Shown: positions 56,440 through 64,000 of the stretch, piece by piece | Numbering within the stretch: position 1 is the stretch's first letter | How the letters are laid out: the number at the start of each line of letters is the position of its first letter | Assembly (NCBI GenBank): GCA_964016885.1 | Contig: OZ024743.1 | Span: 99,882,001-99,946,000 of the forward strand | DNA: 64,000 nt | DNA from: Eledone cirrhosa | Taxonomy: Eukaryota | Reading direction: 5' to 3' | Notes under the pieces: model-generated | The model's database searches: none | Seen by the model: the letters and a program-made list of their open reading frames with translations, nothing else | What the model was told of the DNA's origin: nothing | Program-made: the position numbers and the translations under genes

Positions 56440-57058
56440 GGTAGAATTCATAGAAGTGGTTGATAGCTTCTGCTACATGGATGATATGAATAGCAGTGGG
56501 GGTGGGTGCTCTGAGAGCAGAGTAGCTAGTATAAGGAGAGGATGGAAGAAGTTTAGTGGGCTACTGCCTCTGTTGACAACCAAGAGTCTCTCCCTCTGAA
56601 CAAAAGGTCACCTGTATGATTCCTATGTGTGATGTGTGATGCTACATGGTAGTGAGACATGGGCAGTGAATACAGAGGATATACAAAAGCTGAAGAGAAA
56701 GGAAGCAAGCATGCTTCAATGGATGTGCAATATTAATGTGCATGAATGACAAAGCATGAACAAACTGAGAGCAAAACTAGGTATAAGAGGAATCAGATGT
56801 AGTGTGCAAGTAAGAAGACTGTTCTGGTATGGACATGCGATATGTATGGATAATGACTGGTGGGTGAAGAAATACCAAAAAATCCAAGTGGAGGGAAGTC
56901 GGAGTAGAGGAAAACCAAGGAAGACCTGGGTGGAAGTGGTGAGAGTTGATCTCAAAAAGGAGATGGCAAAAGAAAGTGAGAAATAGAGAGATGCTGCACT
57001 AACTAAGACCTGTCAAACTTATGCAAATATGGACGAGCAAACATAAAATGATGGTGAT
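56440..57058 (+). mobile_element. Degenerate RTE LINE fragment
   Basis: EVVDSFCY..HGSETW..RRLFWYGH..RGKPRKTW with stops. Confidence 0.8.
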
Positions 57059-57184
57059 GTGGCTGACATTAGGAATGTCACCCAGCTGTAGAAACCAAGC
57101 CAGAGTGAGCTGATCTGATTTGTCTCACAACAGGACAACTTGTCTAACCCATGCTAGCATGAAAAAATGAGTGTTAAACAGTGA

Positions 57185-57226
<42 letters not shown>

Positions 57227-57228
<2 letters not shown>

Positions 57229-57560
57229 AGGCACATGGCTTAGTGGTTAGAGCATTGGCAATCGAAAGGTTGTGAGTTCAATTCTCAGACCGGGTGATGT
57301 GTTGTTTCCTTGAGCAAGACACTTTATTTCACATTGCTCCAGTTTACTCAGCTGTAGAAATGAGATGATAGGGACTAGGGTCCATATCATTCCACTGCAA
57401 AATGGTCGTGGAGGTGTCATGGCATAAAAGCACCCAGCACTCACTGTAAATGAGGTTGGTGTTAGGAAGGGCATCCAGCTGTAGAAATCAACCCAGAATC
57501 AGTTCCCGTTCCACCCTTGCTAGCAGGGAAAAGCGGACGTAAAATGAAATGATGATGATG
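57227..57560 (+). mobile_element. SINE family A
   Basis: Near-identical to 2096-2440. Confidence 0.85.
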
Positions 57561-58534
57561 AATGATATATATGTGTGTGTGTGTATATATATAGATATAT
57601 TTATTAATTCTACTTCGATATTGTGTACTTTTTCTCATGTTCGTTAGTAATACAAGGGACTCACATATCTATATATGTGTATGTGTGTATATATATATTA
57701 ACATATATGTATATGTATATATAAACACACACTCATACATTCAAAGTTAGCAGCCAATGACTCCCATTGCTATTACTCATTTTCATAAGCATGCATCTCA
57801 TGTCTAATCTACACATATATACTCTACATGAGGTATTGAGTGCACTTTTCTGAGATGGTACAACTATCACATATATATATATATATATAAATTACATAAT
57901 GTGTATATATATATATATATATTCCATATGTATATCTTGTTTAGAATAGGTATAGCATATCCTTGCATGTTGTAAGAGGTATCAAAAAGGGTTGGAATCA
58001 GGAAAAGAATCTGATCATTGCCTCAAAAAGGAGGTTATGATAACTATGAAGCTTGTTATGGGAGCTGCAAGGCTAGCCCCTACTGTAACAAGGACATTGG
58101 CCTTAGACACTTTATTCTTCTATTAATTTCAGTGGCTATAATGGGACACTGATAGAAGGGCTTTCATTAATCATGAACCCTTATTTTTTTAAATACAGTA
58201 CATCTCTCTTTGTCGAACTGCTGAATTACAGGACAGAGTATATATATGTGTGTGTGTATGTATGAATATATATATATGTGTGTATGTATATGTATGTAAG
58301 ATATATATATATATGTAATTCTGGGTGAATCAGAAGGTCACCACAGTTAAAAAATGTACTCAATACGTTAGTAGAGTATAGGCATCTTTATTGTATATAG
58401 AAATGACTTCTACAGGACTAGAACTGTTTCATTTGTTTGAAATCATTAGGAAAGCGAGATAAAATTGGTCAGTTATATATATATGTGTGTGTTATAGCGG
58501 TATATATGTAATATATTTAAAATATCTATATATT

Positions 58535-59310
58535 TTATACATACATACATACATATATACATACATGCATACATACTTATATACATACATACATATATGT
58601 ATACATACATACATATATGCATACTCACATACACACATACACACACACATACATACTCACATACACATACACACATACATACATACATACATACATACAT
58701 ACATACATACATACATACACACACACATACATATATATATACACACATACATATACATATATACATACATACATATACATACATATATACACACATACAT
58801 ATACATACATACATATATGCATACATACATATACATACATACATATATACATACATACATATATGCATATTCATATACACACATACATACAAAAAAAATT
58901 TGTGAAATTATAAAACCAGAAGAACATTACATACATACATCCATACATACACATACATACATACATACATATATACACATACATACATACACGCATACAC
59001 ACACATACATACATACATATACACATACATACATATACACATACATACATATACACATACATACATATACACATACACACACACATACATACACACATAC
59101 ATACATACATACACACACACATACATACACACACATACATACATACACACACACACATACACACACACACATACACACATACATACATATACACATACAC
59201 ACACACATACATATACACATACACACACACACACACACATACATACATACATACATACATACATACATACATACATACATACATACATACATACATACAT
59301 ACATACACAC
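58535..59310. repeat. Compound (TACA)n/(CA)n microsatellite field
   Basis: Directly visible. Confidence 0.95.
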
Positions 59311-59815
59311 AAGTTTTGTGACTGAAAGGAGTAACAAATAAAAGATATGTGTGTGTATATATTGAATATATTTACACATACATGTGTGTGAGTAAAAGTT
59401 GTTTATAATGTATGTCTGAGAGTGTAATTAGTTATTATTGTTGTGTAACCCCGGCAGGGTGGTTTGACAATTATTTTGCTGCTATTTCTAGTATGACAAG
59501 TGTAGCTGGAAAGTGGTGTGTTGTCTCTGTTTAGCCCCTGGTCATCTTTGATCGACAACAAACTGAAAAAATTGATATAAGACGTTCCTATCGTGACCAT
59601 CCTGTCATATTTCCAGATAAACTACCTCTAGTTCTACATTATCGAATGTGTCGAGTTTATTTCTTCTTTAGATTTAAACTATTTCACTGCAGTGGCCGAG
59701 CGACCAGGGGCCTCCCTTTCCGTCAAATTCTTTTCATAGATTCACGACACAGACACACACACACATACTTCATAAACAGAACTTTTTTTTTTTTTTCCTC
59801 AAGAAGAAATGTCCA

Positions 59816-59824
59816 ACTTACCTC
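59816..59824 (-). promoter_or_regulatory. 5' splice donor of TULP4 intron 1
   Basis: Minus strand reads GAG|GTAAGT, a consensus donor, exactly where TULP4 similarity stops. Confidence 0.9.
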
Positions 59825-60079
59825 ACTGCGATGTCCTCTGAGGTTAAAGTTAGACCTGGTTGGTGCATCGTACTTCCGACAGTGACTTGTGGTAAAGGTA
59901 ACTCCAACTACAGCACTGGCGTTGCCCGAAGCTAACCATCCTTCCATGTAATACTCGGCGCGATTCAACTTCCAACAGTCGGCATCTGGAATGCCATCGG
60001 GCACTTTACCCATCCATGACAAACACTGTACAGTGCAGTCACAACGGGTTGAGTTGTTCTGTTCGAAGTGAACATGCAT
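59822..60079 (-). CDS. TULP4: First coding exon of tubby-related protein 4 (TULP4/Tusp; N-terminal WD40 region)
   Basis: Translation MHVHFEQ..CLSWMGKVP..YYMEGWLASGNASAVVGVTFTTSHCRK..RSNFNLRGHRSE matches the recalled TULP4 N-terminus (CLSWKGRVP..YYEEGWLATGNGRGVVGVTFTSSHC..NFNLRGHNSE). 86 codons from ATG 60079 to a phase-0 donor GAG|GTAAGT at 59822/59821. Confidence 0.93.
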
Positions 60080-60300
60080 ATTTTCGGCTCACAAAACAGC
60101 GTTGACAACACCTTAACGGCTTTATGGTTTCAGCAAAAATATTTTAGTGGTGGTTGTGGTCTGTGTGTCTTTTTTTTTAAATATATAATCCCGATGGTGC
60201 TCCGTTAGTAAAGATCCTCGCCCATTTTCTTCTGTCAAAATCACTTGCTATTATTTGCCGTCTTTTAAAATATACCGTACTTGTATAAAATACCATACCG
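60080..60300 (-). other. Probable TULP4 5' UTR, with a 7-codon uORF (60225-60205, MGEDLY*)
   Basis: Non-repetitive, CpG-retaining sequence directly upstream of the ATG; minus strand reads ATGGGCGAGGATCTTTACTAA. Confidence 0.45.
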
Positions 60301-60379
60301 CATCTACACGTGCATCTACATACATACTTGTATACATACATTTATGTATGTATACACACAATTATATACATATATTGTT

Positions 60380-60451
<72 letters not shown>

Positions 60452-61639
60452 GTGTCTGATATATAACTGAAGAAAAATCCTTCTCTAAAATTTACACACA
60501 TATTTGTGTATATATATTTTTTAATTTACACATATATGTTTAATTATTTCAGTATGTATATTCTGTTTTAGTTAGAGAAAGTATATCTCTTACAACAATG
60601 TTTACGACAGTGTTTACACCATTGTTGTATAATTTATAAGGAACCTTTCACGTGCTTCCTTTATATACCCTGTCTCAACCAGAAACGGTTTGGAATTTCA
60701 CAACTATAGGCACTATCCATCTTCCCTATCCTTCTTTCCATCAAAATTCTTAAGAATACTCAAACATATTTCAGTCTAAGTATATGTGTGTGTGTGTATA
60801 TATATATATATAGGAAAAGACAAGTTATTTCCAATGAAGGGCTGCTGTTTTCCAGCCTCACCCAAAGCTATTTCCCAACCATATTTTCCCCGTGAAAATT
60901 CCGGTCGGTCGACATTTGACCAGAATTGGGAGGAGAATGATAAAGAATTTTATAAAAAATGAAGAGAAACTTATGCATAATGGTTTTGATTAATGTTTGA
61001 TTGGTGTTTTACAAAAAATGTAGCATTTGGAAAATGCTATTTAAAAAGAAAATACAGGTTCGTATGAAAGAAGCATAAACCGTATCACAGGTTTGGGAAA
61101 GCATACATATCTAAAATGATGTTTTATCGTATATCAGCTGATGGAGACTTCAGGGTCTCTTTGTAAAGTAAGCTTGGGAGAAAAGTTTATGCTCATCATA
61201 CCGGCTGGAGCATTCAGTTAATGGAGAGAGCCAAGTTACACAACATCATCAAGAAAGATTTGATACGGGCTTAGCACATGGCAGTTAACGTCAGTTCGGT
61301 CACTGACAATATAAACATACACAAAAAATGCCATTCAAAATCACTGAAACATTTATGAAAATACAAGAGAAAACATATTCTGACAGTATTACTAACCAGA
61401 AACCCACATAAAATCCATACACGTGGTCTCTTAACTTTGTTTCTGCATTGCCATCGTTCACTTGCTCCTCAGACTTGGTCTCCCTATCTCTTTGTCTCAC
61501 TCTCCCTATCCCTCACCCTCTCATCCCCTTTCAATTGATCCACTTCCATATAATTTATCTTACTCTATCTATACCCCTCTCTATTTACCTCCTTATCCTT
61601 CTACTTTCACTTTCCCCTGCATCATATGCTACCGTTGAT

Positions 61640-62080
61640 ACACTGCATACACGCGTGCGCAGAGAACATCGAGGAGATATACAATAGACAGCTGAGAAGA
61701 ATGGTGTATGCAACGGTTACTAACGACCCTGGCTAGAGTAATAAATTCTTTACAAAAAAAAAGCATAAGACAAAAGCAGCGCAGTGCATTCGATTAGCAT
61801 ACATTTTCCTCCGTTCAACATGACACTCACACACCCAACCGATCATTGCTTTCCGTTCAATCTTCGATGTATTTCAGTGGATACCATGGTTGCACCACTC
61901 GCCGACAGAAAGCTCTACGTCACAGTTGATCGACTCTAGCCTCTACCGACACTATAAACAGCTCTGTGTACAAGCCATCTTATACACTGTATTCATCAGT
62001 CATCTATAACAGTAAAGATGGCAACGGCTCCGCTTACTGCTACCTGTTAGATGGTGTGCAGCGGTTATCAACTGAACAAC
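61640..62080. promoter_or_regulatory. Candidate promoter / upstream non-coding exon region
   Basis: Unique sequence with more CpG than the intron, and YY1-like AAGATGGC motifs on both strands (~61973 minus, ~62015 plus), 1.5-2 kb upstream of the TULP4 ATG. Confidence 0.3.
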
Positions 62081-62629
62081 ACAACATACAAGAAACACTG
62101 CTTAGCAGTCTTGTCATGGTAACAGCAATAATTTAACGTTGGATTTGACCAGTAAAAATGCAAGATAGGTTGAAAACTAAGCGGTCTAACTTAGTGGAAT
62201 GAACAAACGAACAAACTACTAGATTCAGTGGGTGGAAAGAAAATGGGACGGATAGACGGACGTGGGGGACAGATACACAGATACGTTGGTCAAATGAAAG
62301 GACGGATGACGAGAGTAGATGGATGGAATTACTAGACCTAAAACAAGCAATGGTCATTTAGATGAAGTTATATAAACTATATTTAGACAAGATGCTTATA
62401 TACATACACTCGCGCTCCTCAATCTATATGTGTGTGTGTGTGTAATTATTTGTAAATGTCTTATTGGAATATGTTACGTGTGTTTTGTACTCAGCAGGTT
62501 TCGATGACAATAACTTTCCATAAGGGCAAAGATTCTCACAGCAATCACTGATGAAAAATTGTAATCGACGCCAATATTTCACAGCAGCAACTGTACTACT
62601 AGTTGGTACAACACCAGCAGCAGCAACAC

Positions 62630-63018
62630 TATAGTAGTGGTGGTGGTGGTAATGGTTGTGGTGGCGGTGGTGGTAGTGGTGGTGGTGGTGAAGGTGGTGG
62701 TGGTGGTAATGGTTGTGGTAGCGGTGGTGGTAATGGTTGTGGTGTTGGTGGTGAACGTAGTGGTGGTAATTGTTGTTGGTAGTGGTGGTGAAGGTAGTGG
62801 TGGTGGTGGTGGTGGTAGTGGTGGTAATGGTTGTGGTGTTGGTGGTGATGGTGGTAGTGGTGGTAATGGTTGTGGTGTTGGCGGTGGTGGTGGTTGTAGC
62901 GGTGGTGATGGTGGTGGTGGTGGTCGTCGTCGTTGTGGTATTGTTGTTGTTTGTGGTGGTGGTGGTGGTGGTAGTGGTGGTGGTTGTAGTAGTAGTAATA
63001 GTAGTAGTAGTGGTGGTG

Positions 63019-63066
<48 letters not shown>

Positions 63067-63215
63067 ATGTAGTAGTAGTAATAGTAGTACTAGTTGTGGT
63101 GGTGGTAGTAGTAGTTGTAGTAGTAGTGGCGGTGGTGGTGATGGTAGTAGTAGTAGTGGCGGTGGTGGTGCTAGTAGTAGTGTTGGATGTGGTGGTGGTA
63201 GCAGCAGCAGCAGCG
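62630..63215. repeat. (GGT)n/(AGT)n trinucleotide low-complexity tract
   Basis: Directly visible. Confidence 0.95.
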
Positions 63216-63486
63216 TTCGCAAATGTTGTTATTGTAACATTACTATCAACCGTAATCGATGAGTAGTTTATCCGACTGACTAACTGTTGATGGGACATAC
63301 ACTATATATATATGAGATATTTATTTAATAATGTCTCATATAAAATAATACAACCAACTATCCACGAAATACTGATTAGTTAGCACCCCCAAACACTAAA
63401 TTGGGATAATACTTAAGTATATCCTAATGTTTGTTGAGTGAGATGGAGTTGGTCGGAGTATCGCTTAAGGCTTTCTCTAGTTATGT

Positions 63487-63517
<31 letters not shown>

Positions 63518-63563
63518 TATGGAACACTGTTGGCTTCTTGCTACAATACTTTCTATACCTTTC

Positions 63564-63597
<34 letters not shown>

Positions 63598-63599
<2 letters not shown>

Positions 63600-63754
63600 C
63601 GAAGGAAATGTGGTAAGGAACCAGGTGGACCATAACGCACCAAAGTACTCAATACTTAGGGTAGTAGAGTGGGTAATAGGAACGAGTAGGACCCCGACGG
63701 CTGAGCTCAAGCCGTCGAAACGGCTTGAGCTCAGCCGTCGGGGTCCTACTCGTT

Positions 63755-63759
<5 letters not shown>
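63598..63759 (-). mobile_element. Second copy of the fold-back element, opposite orientation
   Basis: 40-bp arms 63676-63715 / 63720-63759 with CGAA loop; same tail and same short-arm endpoint as the 37.7-kb copy; (TA)n flanks. Confidence 0.75.
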
Positions 63760-63817
<58 letters not shown>

Positions 63818-63847
63818 AGATCAAAAGATGGTTAAAAGAGTTCCATG

Positions 63848-63918
63848 TATTTTATTATGCGCATTTCAAAAACAAATATCATCATGGGATGATATTTGCG
63901 TTCTTATCAGATAAAATA
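63848..63918 (-). ncRNA. Type I hammerhead motif with G8A core substitution
   Basis: Minus strand: TATTTTAT-CTGATAA-GAACGCAAATATCATC ccat GATGATATTTGTTTTT-GAAA-TGCGCA-TA-ATAAAATA; perfect 8-bp stem I, palindromic stem III. Confidence 0.7.
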
Positions 63919-64000
63919 GGGAGACATGATATGAAGCTTTAAAAACACTTGCGAGCAGTGAAGTGTTAAATCAACATATATCAATCAACTTATCCGATAT

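Noticed and set aside
59723-59821. ORF-track extension VSWTFLLEEKKKK..
   Set aside because: Read-through into the intron past the consensus donor.
61120-61300. Possible snRNA-like sequence
   Set aside because: Only a small hairpin (GAGAC/GTCTC); no recognisable snRNA motifs.
62579-63298. Pro/Thr/His/Gly-rich ORFs of ~200-240 aa
   Set aside because: Open in several frames on both strands because of the (GGT)/(AGT) microsatellite; no domain or splice support.

Overview
AT-rich, microsatellite-dense eukaryotic DNA. The repeat complement (tRNA-derived SINEs, RTE LINEs, (TA)n/(CA)n tracts) suggests a mollusc, probably an octopus; this is inference. The only host coding sequence I can support is the first coding exon of a TULP4/Tusp (tubby-related protein 4) gene on the minus strand (60079-59822), which ends in a GAG|GTAAGT donor. 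I found no exon 2, so about 59.8 kb of the window appears to be intron 1. That intron holds many SINEs, RTE fragments, a decayed Tigger/pogo transposon with nested TTAA-type MITEs, a small Helitron-like element and a ~7.6-kb 17-bp minisatellite. The most notable signal is a set of Penelope-like (PLE) modules inserted in (TA)n tracts. They carry type I hammerhead ribozyme motifs (about 8 recognisable, plus partial or degenerate ones) and form asymmetric fold-back palindromes, including a ~1.25-kb hairpin encoding a GIY-YIG-like C-terminus. In two copies of one small family, the copy-specific substitutions are mirrored in both arms, which implies the inverted arm is regenerated from each copy's own template. 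All calls were made by eye; nothing was searched or folded computationally.
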